A DNA stretch of 64,000 nt from Octopus vulgaris (GCA_951406725.2 OX597814.1:141236001-141300000); one strand, 5' to 3'; positions 1 through 14,148 are shown, counted from the first letter of the stretch. The notes: generated by a model from the letters alone, not told the origin. Translations and numbers: made by a program.

Positions 1-734
1 GCCATAGCACAATACTCGTAAAGCAAATACACAACAACAGAGTAGACGGTGATATGAATCTAATGGGAAATAACTCAATGGTGAAGCAATGTGGATCGGT
101 ATTATATAATTGGACAACCGGAATATTTCTATGAGCTGCGTCCTGGTTAATGTCGTTGCTATTATTTTATAGATACGTCCAGCTGTTGCAGTTTAGTATA
201 TTTCTCATTTATTATTTTCCCCAGATCAATATAACAATCAGTGGTAATTATTTGTAATTCGGTATTGGAGGGTGGGGGGCTATTTACCAATTCTGCAATA
301 TTTTTCTATGGGGAAATTCTGTGTATTCTTCCAATACAGCATGAGACTTTACTTGGTGAATCAGTGCTTGTCATACTGTCACCGATAACAACCATTCTCA
401 TTTCAAATAAAGCAAACGTCTTCTTATCCGGCACTCAAAATACCGGAACTGCGAAGCAACTGGCACCGAGAACAAAATGTATTGTTAATTAGAGTCTAGA
501 GAATTTGTGCTAATTTGTGTGAATTAATTAATCGTCATTAAAAGAAAGAAAATTTGAACTGCATAGCTCGCTGCTTCTCAAAGTAATGTATAGTATTTTA
601 TTTTACTGCATTTACGGTACTTGTATTCTTTTGAGGTTAATAAAACTTGTACTTTAATTATAATTTTAATTCTTCCAATTTCTCTCTCATTTCTACTACA
701 CTTAGAATATTAATGATAATCTTAGTATCACATT

Positions 735-1145
735 TTGGTATAAGGCTGGCAGTTAAGTCGACTCCAGTGCTCAACTTGTACTTATTTTATCAACTCCGAA
801 AGGTTGAAAGGTAAAGTCGACCTCAGCGGAATTCGAACTTAGAACATGCAGACAAACGAAATGTCGCTAAGCATTTTGCCCGGCGCAGTAACGATTCTGC
901 CAGCACGCCGCCTTGTATTAATGATAAAATTGGTTTTCAAATTTTGGCACAAGGCCAGTAAGTTCGGGAAATGGGAAGTCGATTGCATTGACCCCAGTGC
1001 TCAACTGGTACGCATTTTATCGACCCCCCAAAAGACTAAAGGCTAAGTCGATCTTGGTGGAATTTGAACTCAGAACGTGCAGACGGACGCAATGCATCTA
1101 GAGATTTTGCCCGGTGTGCCAACGATTCTGCCAACATGCCGCCTT
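735..1145 (-). mobile_element. Two Nin-domain SINE copies (family N)
   Basis: Each matches the reverse complement of GGCGGCGAGCTGGCAGAATCGTTAGCACGCCGGGCGAAATGCTTAGC...GAGGTCGACTTTGCCTTTCATCCTTTCGGGGTCGATAAAATAAGTACCAG. The family recurs dozens of times across the window. Confidence 0.8.
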
Positions 1146-1169
1146 GTATTAATGATAATACTGATGTAT

Positions 1170-1530
1170 CTTTTTATCTTTTATTTGTTTCAGCCATTAG
1201 ACTGAGGCCATGCTGGGGCATCGTCTCGAAGAATGTTTTTTTTAGTCGAGTGAATCGAACCCACTACTTATTTTTTAAAAGCCTAGTACTTGTTTTATCG
1301 GTCTCTTTTGCTGAATTGCTACCGTACGGTGACGAAAACATACCAACACCGGTTGTCAACACACACACACATATGACGGCTTGTTTCAGCTTTTGTCCAC
1401 CAAATCCATTCAGAAGGATTTAGTCGGCCCGAGGTTATAGTCGAAGACATACTTCAAGTGTCACGCAGTGGGACTGAACCCGGACCCATGTGGTTGGGAA
1501 GCAAACGTCTTACCACACAGCCGCGCCTAT
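1170..1530 (-). mobile_element. CORE-like tRNA-derived SINE (family C, resembling octopus OK/OR SINEs)
   Basis: Minus-strand head GGCGCGGCTGTGTGGTAAGACGTTTGCTTCCCAACCACATGGGTCCGGGTTCAGTCCCACTGCGTG, internal (CA)n and a tail shared with other copies. Related copies at ~4661-5025(+), 6820-7185(-), 10355-10700(+), 34560-34850(-), 35805-36257(-), 38075-38468(-). Confidence 0.75.
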
Positions 1531-2489
1531 ACAGAGTTTTAATGAATTTTGTAAAGATGCTTTAATGATTTAAAAAGTGATGATCAGATATCCGGAAAAT
1601 TCAGCTATCCGGCAATATTCTGGATCTAGAAGAGCTTACTGTAATGACAACATTAAATGTATAACATCTAGCTGTAGGAGCTTATTGTTCTTTCGTTAGG
1701 TTTTAGGGTTAATTTTGATTCTGCTCACAAAAGAGAACACAACGGCAATTCGGATCATCCATCCATTTAAAAGCAAGCTTCTTCCTATATTTCAGTGTCT
1801 CTTCTCTGGCCATTTAACACCGCTCCCGATCTCCTTCTATTATCCCTTCGCTTGTGATACCCTCAATTAAAAATGAGATGAGTGGATGTCCCTATCTGAG
1901 CAGGTGATAATTTTTCAGGTGGTGGTGAATGTGACATCAGAAAATTGAGGTATTTTACTGATACATCACCACCATCACTGCCGCCTCCGCCTCCGCCGAC
2001 AACAACAACACCACTACCTTTACTACCACCTCCACCTATACTATCACCACTACAACAAGATTACTACCACTATTACCGCCATCACCAACCCCGCCAGCCT
2101 TACAGTTACCATGATTGCAGTCACTGCCACCACAGCCAACCCTAACATAATCCACCAACACTAGTACCACCAACATCAACAAGACCACCACCAATATTAA
2201 CAACTCGAACAGCAACAACAACAACAATGTATCAAGTAAAAGCTTTTGCGATCCTGATGTAAACTAAAATTGTGATTGTAATTAACTCACCATCCGGCAT
2301 TAAATGTGTTTCCATTAATTGTATGTTTATTTATATGTTTATTCTGATTATTGTCCACAGACTGTTTTCTTTTAAACGATTTGTTTAAAACACAAGCAAG
2401 ACAAAAAAAAAAAAGACTAGCAGACAGTTACTAATTAGTACGGAACCGATTTCGAAAATACTATGGAGATAAATGCTGACGTATGATAA

Positions 2490-3296
2490 TGGTTTCAAAT
2501 TTTGGCACAAGGCCAGCAATTTCGGGAGTTGGGGTTAGTCGATTACATAGACTCCAGTGCTCAACTGGTACTTATTTTACCGACCCCGAAAGGATAAAAG
2601 ATAAACGTCAACCACGGTGGAATTTGAACTCAGAACGTAAAGACGGGCGAAATGTCGCTAAACATTTTGCCCGGCGTGCTTACGATTCTTTTCTACTCTA
2701 GGCACAAGGCCCGAAATTTTTGGAAAGGGGGCCAGTCGATTAGATCGACCCCAGTACACAACTGCTACTTAATTTATCGACCCCGAAAGTCATGAAAAGC
2801 AAAGTCGACCTCTGGAAAATTTGAACTCAGAACGTAAAGACAGACGAAATACCGATAAACATTTCACCCGATGTGCTAACGTTTCTTATTTCTTTATTGC
2901 CCACAAGGGGCTAAACATAGAGGAGACAAACAAGTACAGACAAAGGGATTAAGTTGATTACATCGACCCCAGTGCGTAACTGGTAATCGATCTCGAAAGG
3001 ATGAAAGGCAAAGTCGACATCGGCGGAATTTGAACTCAGAACGTAGCGGCAGACGAAATACCTATTTCTTTACTACCCACAAGGGGCTAAACACAGAGAG
3101 GACAAACAAGGACAGACAAACGGATTAAGTCTATTATATCGACCCCCAGTGCGTAACTGGCACTTATTTAATCGACCCCGAAAGGATGAAAGGCAAAGTC
3201 AACCTCGGCGGAATTTGAACTCAGAACGTAACGGCAGACGTAATGCCGCTAAGCATTTCCCCTGGCGTGCTAACATTTCTGCCAGCTTACCGCCTT
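2490..3296 (-). mobile_element. Multimeric Nin-domain SINE array
   Basis: Several tandem bodies GTCGACCTCGGCGGAATTTGAACTCAGAACGT. Both tail types are present (CCCACAAGGGGCTAAAC and TTTCTACTCTAGGCACAAGGCCCGAAATT). Confidence 0.85.
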
Positions 3297-4007
3297 ATGC
3301 TTAGCGATTCTGCCAGCTTAGCATTCTAATGCTGACGTTTAATAATGCGTAAAATTTTTAACTGGGAATATCGTTGTCTTGGGGATCAATATTACTTGAA
3401 GATGATATAACCGCTGTATCACTGTGTTTGTGTTTCAAGTGGGGAAGAGAGTAGAAAAAAAATGAAGTGGAATCCAAAGCAAAAATTCTACATCAGTGTA
3501 AACAAACTTCATCACGTTCCAGCGAGTAAGTCTTGACGCGGTCACTCAATCTGTTAGAAATTGCAACCAAATCAAGCCTCGAATAAAACATTACTGTCAT
3601 TTGAAGAGAAAGAGAGAAGGAGAAAGAGAAGAAAAGAGAAGAGAAGAGAAGTGAGAGAGAGAGGGAGAGAGAGAGAAAGAGCGAGAGAGAAAAGAATATA
3701 TAGGATAATGAAGTCCTAGATACACGTTCTCAAATCTATTAAGAATAGCAACCAAGTCAAGCCTCAGACAAAACTTTGCTGTCTTTTGAAGGGAAAAGAA
3801 GAAAGGGAGAGAGAGAAGTTGAGAGAGAGGGAGGGGGAGGGGGAGGGGGAGGGAGGGAGAGAATGAGAGAGAACATATCAGGCAACGTTCTGAAAAAAAA
3901 AGAATGGGAAAGAATACAGCCGTAAGTGATGGTCTTGGCTGGAACGTCTTTAATCATTTGTCTAACCTATAAGCGCAGTAGCAATGGCGGCAACAACAGC
4001 TGCGTGG

Positions 4008-4200
4008 AGGGGCAATGGCCCAGTAGTTAGGGCAGCGGACTCGCGGTCGTAAGAACGCGGTTTCTATTCCCAGACCGGGCATTGTGAGTGTTTATTGAGC
4101 AAAAACACCTAAGCTTCACGATGCTCCGGCGGGGGCGGGGGGTGTGAACCCCGCTGTACTCTTTCACCACAACTTTCTCTCATTCTTTCTTCCTACTTCT
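4008..4200 (+). mobile_element. tRNA-Arg-like SINE head (OR-like family)
   Basis: GGGGCAATGGCCCAGTAGTTAGGGCAGCGGACTCGCGGTCGTAAGAACGCGGTTTCTATTCCC with A/B-box-like motifs, followed by GTGTTTATTGAGCAAAAACAC. Related heads at ~14340-14660, 33025-33275 and 54772-55092. Confidence 0.65.
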
Positions 4201-4483
4201 GCCACAAAGTAGAGGAACCATGGTGTAAACCACTATGGTGTGGTAAACTTTCAGACCCTAGTCGAGATTGCGAATCCTCTGTACCCCAGGATGGGTCAGC
4301 TCTCCACCCGTTAAAAGCCACCGTTTACGGAATGAGGATAACAACGTAGCTTTCGCGCCCGTGCAACCGCCAGTCTATCGCGTGTGGTGGGTGGATCTTC
4401 AAGTTGCCACAAGCACTCTTAGTAGCTCAGATTAGGCTCGAATGAGAGATTATTCTTTTGGCTAATGGCGTGAGTCCTGATTG

Positions 4484-4568
4484 GAAGAAGAAGAAGAAGA
4501 AGAAGAAGAAGAAGAAGAAGAAGAAGAAGAAGAAGAAGAAGAAGAAGAAGAAGAAGAAGAAGAAGAAG
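4484..4568. repeat. (AAG)n microsatellite
   Basis: Perfect GAA/AAG run; explains the poly-Leu ORF 4419..4655. Confidence 0.97.
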
Positions 4569-4818
4569 ACAACAGCTGTCCAATAAAAGCATTAAGACAA
4601 CTACTTGGATTCGATTTATGAAATAAATAAGGAGACAGTTATTGAAACCTAACACTTAAGACGCAGGTATGGCTGTGGTTAAGAAATTCGCTTCTGAATC
4701 ATGTGGTTTTGAGTTCAGTCCCACTGCATGGCATCTTGGGCATGCTTGTGAGTGAAGAAGGTAAATGAAAATTGTGGAAGAGCCTGTCATGTGCATGTAA
4801 GTATGTGAGTGTGTGTGC

Positions 4819-4857
<39 letters not shown>

Positions 4858-7832
4858 TCTCCTCACCGCTTGACGACCAGTGTCAGTTTGTTTACGTACG
4901 GTTCGGCAAAAGAGACAGCTAGAATAAGATCCAGACTTAAAAAGTATGTGCTGGGGTCGATTTGATCGGCGAACTCTATACAGCGGTGCTCCAGCCTTTT
5001 CATGGGTCAAATACTACAACAAGTAAATGAATAGATACGTAATGTATTTCAATACATCATGTTCTGAAGTCTAAATGTTTGTGTACCTAATATACTTAAA
5101 CCTAATGCTTATTTTCAATACTATCGCTCTCGTCCACTTAATTTATCGACCCCGAAGTCATGAAAAGCTTAATAGAGGCCTCAGGTTCAAACTGAAATAT
5201 CACCTGAAAACCGTTGGTCAGGATACGGAACAACGTTTTACATAAATAACGTCTCGTGAATTTGAACATGAACATTCAAGAGCGGGACACACGCTTATAG
5301 TTACAAAAATAAACTTCGAACCGACAACGGTGACTCTACTAGTTTATATAAAACACACCTTGTAATACTAAAAGATATTGTGGAAATAGTTCAGCGGAAT
5401 CTATTGTCTGTACTCAAATGTATTTAGATCAAGATCAACAATAACCAAAGTTACGCTAATTCATGACGTCAGTGACGCGTCGTTCTCACACGTTGAATAC
5501 TCTAGACTAAAAAAAACTTGTTTTGTTATTAAAACAATAACTTTTTACTGCAAAGCTGCGCCTAGTTTCACTTCAATATGATTATTATTACACTATGAAA
5601 TTATTATTTAATACTTGAATGGAAATTGTTCATCAGAAAAGTGCAGTGTCATTGATAGTTAACAGAGAACAAGGCCAATTCAGACAACCCACTACCTTCA
5701 CCTGGTTTATGCTATTTTTATTCTCTGATAAGAGAAAAACTGGAGCATTTCCTCTGTTATATCGTTCAGGGAAGGCGGTAAGCTGGCAAAATCGTTAGAG
5801 CGAAAGGGAAAAAATCACTGTAGTATTTCTTCCTGCTGTACGTTCTGAGTTCAAATTCTGCCAAGGTCGACTTTGCCTTTCATTCCTTCGAGTTACATAA
5901 AATAAATACCAACTGAATACTGGCACGATGTAATCGACTAGCTCACTCCCAGTAAAACTGCAGGACTTGTGCCAAAATTTGGAACCAGGAGGCGACGAGC
6001 TGGCAGATTCGTTAGCACGTCGGGGGTAGAAAAAGTTGCTTAGCGGTATCTTATCACGGCTCTTTGTATTCTGAGGTCAAATGACGCCGAAGTTGATTTT
6101 GTTATCATCCTTTTGGAGTCGAGAAAATAAGTACCAGTTGGACACTGGTTTTGCTGTAATCGACACGACCTGACTAAACCCTTTCCTAAAATCGCTGGCC
6201 TTGCGTCAAGTTTTGAAATCATGATATCATTGAGAATAAATCTATAATCGATCGGGGCGATTAACATCTCTCCCTCGTAAAACCTTTTCTACCATCGAAG
6301 TAGCGCCTGGAAAAGAATCAAGAGACGTTAGTGCAAAGAAAGTGGATCAAACACACCTAAGTGTTTAAGCAACCCTTTTGATACCAAAATAACTGATACC
6401 ACCCCGGTACTATAATACAATTAAAGGCAACGAGTTAATAGAATCGTTAGCACGCCGGGGAAAATGCTTCTGCATTTCGTCCGTCTTTACGTTCTGAGTT
6501 CAAATTCCGTTGTGGTCGACTTTGCTTTTCATCCTTTCGGATTCGATAAAATATGTATCAGTGTTTACTGGGGTCGATGTAATCGACTTATTCTCTCCAC
6601 CAAAATTGCTGGTCTTGTGCCAAAATTTGAAATCGATATCATAATACAATTTTTATATCTTAAAGTGATCTAGATTAAAACTATTCATGAAAACTTTATG
6701 TTAATTTATGTTTATATACCAAACCCTAGCTTAAGAAGGTAAAGTGATTTTTCGAAATTCTTTGTTATTTTCAAAATTAATGGAAGTAGAAGTATCAGGA
6801 CTAATATTTGAAGATCTTTATCTTTATTTTGTTCTTGTTTCGGTCATTGGATTGCGATCACGCAGGGCACCGCCTTGAAGCGTTTTAGTTGAACAAATCG
6901 ACTCCAGTATTCATTTCTTTAAAAGCCTGGTACTTGTACTATCGGACCCTTTGCCGAACCAATTAGTTACGGGGACGTGAACAAACCAACACCGGTTGTC
7001 AAACGGTGGGTGTGAAGGGAGAGGGACAACACACACACACATATACACATGTCCACACACTTGTACGATGTGCCACCTTATAGTTTCCGTCTACTAAATT
7101 CACACGTAAGGCATTGAACTGGCGCGACTGAACTCCAAATTTCGTGGCTGCAAAGCAAGCTTCTTAACCACACAACCATGCCTACGTCCACAGGAGGATA
7201 TACTCACACAAACGGACTTCAGTACTTTATTGATACCCATTTAACCCATGACGGAAAATGAAGCCTAAAAGCCACTGCCAGTGAGATGTGAGGTCAGGAC
7301 GTAATGAGGCGTAACGAAAAACCCTTAAGCATTTGGTTTGATGCTCTGTCGCTTATATTAAACCCTTTAAACGGTTCTACTACGGTTGGTTTCAAGGTGC
7401 CGAGCTGATAGAATCGTTAGTGAATCCAACAAAATGCTTAACACCGTTTCTTTGAGTTTAAATTCCATCGACTTAGCATTTCATTCTTACGGGGTCGTAG
7501 AATAAGTACCATTTGGACATCGGGGTGAATGTAAAACAAACTAGTCCCATCCCTTGTGCCAAAAGAAGTTTTTCACCGTTTCTTCTGTTAAAAGTCTAGA
7601 ACTTAGTGTCCACTAAAATCATTTCTTTTAAAATTTCAGTCCTTGGGTGGTGGCCATGTTGGGTCCTGCATCCGTGATTATAATCAATTGCATCGAATCC
7701 AGTACTTAATATATTGACCACTGTAAGTCAGCGAGTTGGCAGAATCACTACTACGTCTGGCAAAATGCTTAGCAGCATTTCGTCTGTCTTTACATCCTGA
7801 GTTCAAATTCCGTTGAGGTTGATTTACACTTT

Positions 7833-8807
7833 GTTGTGGCGAGAGTCACGACACCCCCTGCGACAATAGACTTGACCGAACGACTATAAATCGTAGCGGT
7901 CTGAGGGAGAGAGAATAAAAATATAGATGTTAATAATAGGGTTAGCGGTCAGAGATATTTATATGAATTGGAGTTAATTTTGTTGAGTTTTTTGATTGCT
8001 GTTAGACGTAAGTCACCTTGTTAAATATTTGTTGAAGGTTTCCCCTCGTGGGTGTACCCAAGATTATTGATTGTTACTGTTGAAATTGCTGTTCCTGTTG
8101 TTGTTTTTTTCCCATTGTGGGAAAGATGGAGAAAGTGCCAGTAGGAGACCACAGTTTTGCGGCAGAAACTGGTAGAGGAATGGAGATTGAAGCTTTAGAG
8201 GTTCGCGCAGTAAAAGTTGAGCCGAAGAAGATGAAATAATGTGAGAAACTACTGAAAAAGGAGGGAAACATGTTGAGACTAACGCCGCCTGAGGGACTCA
8301 CAAGCAGTGTAAACAAAAGAACGGTCATTTTTAGGACTCTGAGGTTATCAACAAGGAAGATAGAAATAGCACCTATTGAAGCTATTGAGGAATGCTTGAA
8401 GGAAATCAAGAAGCTGACCACGTTCATCACACGTGGAAGGAGATATGGCACAGTGGAAGTGCGTTTCGTGACGGAGGACGAAGCGATTAAGTACTCCACA
8501 GAAGCCATAAGAACGGAAGAATGGGTACTTTTGCCGACGTACTGTGGCAAACGTATTGCCAGAGTGAGAGTTGGGAAAGTACCCCCAGAGGTAAAGGAAA
8601 CATGGCTGATGGCAGCCATTATGTTTAACATGGAGTAGGAGGAGGCCAAGGTACTCAAAGCAACGAGAACCAAAAGGTTGAATTATTGGGGGTATGGCAC
8701 AGAGATGGCCATACAAGCGAGTTTAGAAGGCCTCAACAGAATTGCAGAAGAAATAGTTCTGCCCGAGGATATAAGGCTGAGAGTGGTGGTGGAGGGTAGG
8801 CCTCCCA
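7833..8807 (+). pseudogene. 5' region and ORF1 fossil of a Tx1/L1-type non-LTR retrotransposon
   Basis: Frame from ATG 8126 with two in-frame stops reads MEKVP...RRYGTVEVRF...RVRVGKVPPEV...RLRVVVEGRPP, typical of an RRM-type ORF1 just before the zinc knuckle; truncated there. It interrupts a SINE at ~7832. Confidence 0.65.
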
Positions 8808-9657
8808 TATTCTACTTATCACTTGTTGCACAAATTACCGTTTTTGATGGCATATAAGACGCACCTTTTTCCATACAAATGTATCAAATACCTCACCCTG
8901 ACTCCTATATGTGAAGTTGACTCCTGTATGCTTTAATACGTTAAAAACATTTTTTCTACAAACTATGGAATAAGGATATAATTTTGAAAGGATCAGGAAA
9001 ACAAAATTCTTTGCATTTAGATATATAGAATAGCATTTTCCAAACTATAGTTTGCAGTAGTACTTTTGAAAGGATCGTGAAAAAAGTTTATATTTGAAAT
9101 ATTTGATAAAATATAAAATGTTCTTGAATGATATACAAGAAACCATAAGTATCAGAGCTACTTTGTATATGGATAAGTATTCTTGGTTCATATCCCGTCA
9201 ATGTCATCTTTGATTTTTATCTTTATGGTGGTCGGTATAATAAGAACCAGTCAAGTACCGAAGTCTATAAAGTAAACTATACCCTTTTCCTTATGTTATA
9301 AATCAATAATTCTTTGTTATCGTTTTAGTTATGTTTATGTTCTCAAAGATGTAGAAGTTGTCACTATATTTATCAAGTGCAAATGTCATAGCTTGTCTTC
9401 CTCGAATGAAATAATAATTGTGACTGTTTTGAGAAATGGAGGCTCCGGGCCTTATCTTTTGTGAAGATATCTTCATGACACATTAATTTCAACTCGATAT
9501 GAATTTCCTTTCTTTGGAATTTTACGCCTGGAGGCTAAATGAAACCAATTATAATGAATGGATCTAAGAGTGAAAACCGTACATCTCGCACTTATCAAAA
9601 TGTAAACGTAAAACGCTTCTAGTTCCGAGCATCTACTTATAACTTGTAGAGGAGGGC

Positions 9658-9758
<101 letters not shown>

Positions 9759-10082
9759 CAACGTTCACACATGCATACACACTCAATGATGATAATGCTT
9801 TCTTTAGTTTTTTTTAAATATATATTTACATATATTTATATAATAATAATAAAATATAAGGATGAGGAAGAAATAAATGCGAAAAGAAATCTAGACGAAC
9901 ATAGGTGTCGGCAGAACTGTATAGTTAAGAATTTTACTTGGCAACTATTTAATTCCGAGCTGGATCCCACCACGCAGAATCTTGGTGAAGGGTCGTCTAT
10001 TTTAACCTCGAGTTAGCCACTACTTTGTGAGTAAAATTTAATAGACAGAAACTGTACTGAAACCAGTCGTATACACACTGAA

Positions 10083-10154
<72 letters not shown>

Positions 10155-10505
10155 TTGTTTATTAGTTTCATTCATCACTAATCTAGTAACACGGTACGCT
10201 CAATTGTGGGCATTACGTTTATTAAGAATTGAACTTTGATAACATGGGTCGGGTATCTTTTAAAGATTCTACTTGGACCGTTAAAGTGCGCGCTAGTGAC
10301 AATCCACAAAACAACTTGGGGGTCTCGGTACGAAATATATTCCACCCCCACATGGGTGTGCGGTTACGAATATCGCTTCGCAACCACGTGATTTCGGGTT
10401 CAGTTCCACTGTGGGACAACTTAGGCGAGTGGGCCAAGCAATATCTTGTGAGTGAATTTGGTTGACAGAAACTGTGGAAACATATCGTGTATGTGTGCGT
10501 GTTTA

Positions 10506-10549
<44 letters not shown>

Positions 10550-11544
10550 GGCTTGTTTGCATTTCCGTATATTACAGTTCGACAAAGTAAATCGATAGAA
10601 TAAGTACCAGGCTTAAAAAAATAAGAATTGGCGTCAATGGATTCAACGTGCGTTGCCCCAGCATGGCCGCAATCTAATGACTGAGAAAGCATATAAAATC
10701 AAAGAAGCTACGACAGTAGTTAATATATATTCCTAAATTCTTCATTCCACCATATTACTGCTCCTCTCTCTTCCCCATCACTTAGATTCTATCACTGCAT
10801 AACTGACGCTCCTTTGCCTTTTACACTATTATACCTCTCTTTTTCTATCACCCCCATTCCCTCTATCTGACACTCCTTTACTCTTCACTCTATCATCTTT
10901 TTACATTCTAATATCTTTCTCTCTCTATCACCCTCGTCTCCCAATTCCTGTTTCTTTACTACCCACAAGGGGCTAAACATAGAGAGGATAAACAAGGACA
11001 GACAAACGGATTAAGTCGATTATGTCGACCCCAGTGCGTAACTGGTACTTAATTTATTGACCCCGAAAGGATGACGAAATACCGCGAAGCATTTCGCCCG
11101 GCGTGCTAACGTTTCTGCCAGCTCACCGCCTTCATCTCCCCATTCCTACTTTCAAGTAATCTTGACTGGTACACTTTCCCTGTCTTCATCTCTTTATTAT
11201 TTCTCTTCTTGTATTTCTGTTTTCCTTTTTTCTCTTTTCTTTATTCCCCTCTTCCTGTTTTCGATTTGACCTTACAAATACATTCCCTACTTTTAGGTCA
11301 CTTTAAATAAAACTCTTGATTCAATAACACTGTATACAAACTCTATACTTGGAATGACCAATTTTAAATACTATTGGAATTTACCCACGAGGTATTGGAA
11401 TCTTATATGTATACCATTCTGCCTAAATAATGGATTTACAAATACAATACCCTTGCATATCTCATATCTATTTTCATTCCTCCACTTCACTCTCTATTTC
11501 ATATCTTATCTAAATTAACTATTGCTGAACCATTTTTTCGCACC

Positions 11545-11592
11545 GTCTCCGATGAAGGGATATAATAAATATCCTGGAAACAGCTGTAAGAC
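11545..11592 (+). ncRNA. Minimal type I hammerhead ribozyme motif (Penelope-associated type)
   Basis: GTCT-CCGATGA-AGGGATAT AATAA ATATCCTG-GAAA-CAGCTG-TA-AGAC: stem I GTCT/AGAC, variant core CCGAUGA, stem II, GAAA, palindromic stem III. Confidence 0.6.
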
Positions 11593-13624
11593 CTATTTAT
11601 AAATGTTCTAAATTCTTCACAGCCTTGTTTTTTTTTTATCTCATTCTGAAAATTTTTTTTATATATACACTTTCTGATACATGACCCACGTTGGACTCCT
11701 TATTCGCATAATCACCGAACCTGGAGCTTAACAACGGTCTGTCTATAGAATTTACTCAGCATTACCTGACACCTTTGGGTCTTGATACCATTACCTCATA
11801 ACCTCTCTCTTTCTCTCTTTCTCTCTCGCTCTGTATATATATATATATATATATATATACTTACATACATATCTGCATAAATGTTATGATAATTGTTCCT
11901 CATACAAGACATCATGTGTACGACAATGGCTATAGTGACATATGCCTGTTCACATATACTGGTCTCTAAACATCCATAGTTGAATAACCAGTGACAAGAA
12001 AGAGCAAGATGACCTGGAAATATTTTCAACCACAAGTTTTATATGAGGGGTTCTTTTTCTAAACTTTGCTATTAAAAATACCTACAAGTCAGTAGGGGAT
12101 TGATTTTGTAGCTGTCCTTCTGCAAGTGGTTTTACTACGCATCCAGCTACAACGAAATCCAGGTATTTTCTACGCCTCCGCACGTGCATGCTTACGTACA
12201 TATACATGCATACCCATACATGCACACAATGTGTACATGCATATGTATGCATACATAAATAACACACCTATATATGCATACATACATAATGCATACATGC
12301 ATACGTACATGTTTTCACGAACACAGTAAGCACACTCACTAATATATTTTATGTATGCGCAATAATAGAAACGCATACATACAAGCACGCACACACACAT
12401 GCACCGTGCGTGCACACACGCACGCAAATACATACACGGAGACGTTTTCCAAAGCTTACAAACTAACATTCAAATACTGCTACTATTGTTCGCCATAAAA
12501 TCGGATTTTCTCAATAATAATTCTATCCGTCCTCCCTCTTTCTGCAACCATCCTACTATCGAATGTATATCGATATTTCTATAGCTGTCACAAACAACTT
12601 AACTCGGTTATTTCCAGCCAGTCATTCCCACATAAAGCGACTGCATCCAACCTTGTCACTAAATAGCTATTCATTTCAACATAAAAAGCAGAAGCTCCTG
12701 CAAGTTGTAGCATTATCAAAGTTGTAACTTCCATGCGCTGTACTTCCCATAAGTGGTTTCCATACACTGAAGCTTTAATAAAAAATCCTGGGATTACACG
12801 AAATCGATAATTTATATTTACATAATATCCGAACCAACTACATCCATCCGTACTACTAACAAGCTATCAATTTCCATATAAAATTTGAAGTTTTCGCAAG
12901 CTGTAATTTTGCCGTTCTGAAGCTTCAAATAACAATCAGATAACGTATAACGGCCATCTATAATGTAAATATCTGTAGTTGTAATAAATACTACAGTAGC
13001 TGTTCTTGATGGTGCTGTTGAGACCACGTTAACCCTGGTCAGGCAGAAAACCTACGATCAAAGACATTCCAACCGTAGCTAAGCCGTTGTATTAACGATG
13101 TGCAGAAATAACATGCGGGTTATTATCTAATGTAACTTTTCCCTTATTTAAAACGGTGGGGAATAATTTGAGTGAGATTTGGCTGCTATTTCTAAAAAAT
13201 CGAGCGGTCTCGTAAAATCTGTCTCGTTAGTATTGTCGTTGTTTGTCGTCGAGCCGACAAAGTTGTCGAGATGTCACGAATTCTAAACCCGTTACTGATA
13301 CACAAGGTTCAAGTTGAACGCTTTTGATTTTCGTTGGCCGAATCTGCCAACCTAAAATTAGGGTGATCTTGTTGTCATCGTCGTTGTTGTTGCAAGGTTG
13401 GGCCGAGTGAGCCCTAATTTAGCAAGTCTGTGGCACGTAGGTAGTTTTGATCGAACGGCTAGATACAACCAACGGTTTTATTGTCTTTCTTTTCTACCAT
13501 AGGCACAAGTCCTGAAAGTTGGAGGGGGGGGGGAGAAAGTCGATTTCATCGACCCCAGTGCGTAACTGGTACTTATTTCATCGACTCCTCAAGGATGAAA
13601 GGCAAAGTCGACCTCCGGAGAGGA

Positions 13625-14148
13625 ATCGCTTTACGAGACCTCAGGTTTACGAGTTTTACTTTTCAAGCACGCGATCCAAATTTTGAACGAGGAGCAAAAA
13701 TTTCTACAACCATAAATGTCTCTGCATGTTACCGAGAAATCTATAGAGAGCTTCTTCTAAGCAAACAACTCAAGACTTGTTTCTTTAAAAAGAGATCTAC
13801 AGATTCGCCTGCGAGTACCGGTGAATCAACGATCGCGTCTACAAGTGATGGTGTGCGTGAATCTAGTACGAGGGAAAATTATTCAGAAAACGATTATGAT
13901 ACTAATATCTTTTATTATAAATGATCTTGACATTCATTTTATTTTACATAAAATATTCTTTACATTCGACTGTTATTTTATTGTCATTTATTTACGAGTA
14001 TTATAAATTTTATTGGTAAAATATTTTTCTGGGAACGAATTACGATTTATAATGTTGCTACTATGGGAAAATATTACTCTGTTTTACGACTTTTCGCTTT
14101 ACGAGCGGTCTCCGCAATCAGATTAACTCGTATTTCGAGGCGTTACTG
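13625..14148 (+). mobile_element. Tigger/pogo DNA transposon relic
   Basis: Peptide FQARDPNFERGAKI...ACYREIYRE...KQLKTCFFKK resembles a Tigger transposase C-terminus. The element ends ...CTCGTATTTCGAGGCGTTACTG followed by TA. Confidence 0.65.

Noticed and set aside
410-1642. Possible Tigger-like MITE spanning the SINE cluster (TATCCGG motifs, ...TTACTGTA end)
   Set aside because: The left TIR is too degraded to define, so it is not reported as a feature.
8074-8716. Minus-strand 199-aa and 122-aa ORFs
   Set aside because: Antisense shadows of the plus-strand LINE ORF1 fossil.
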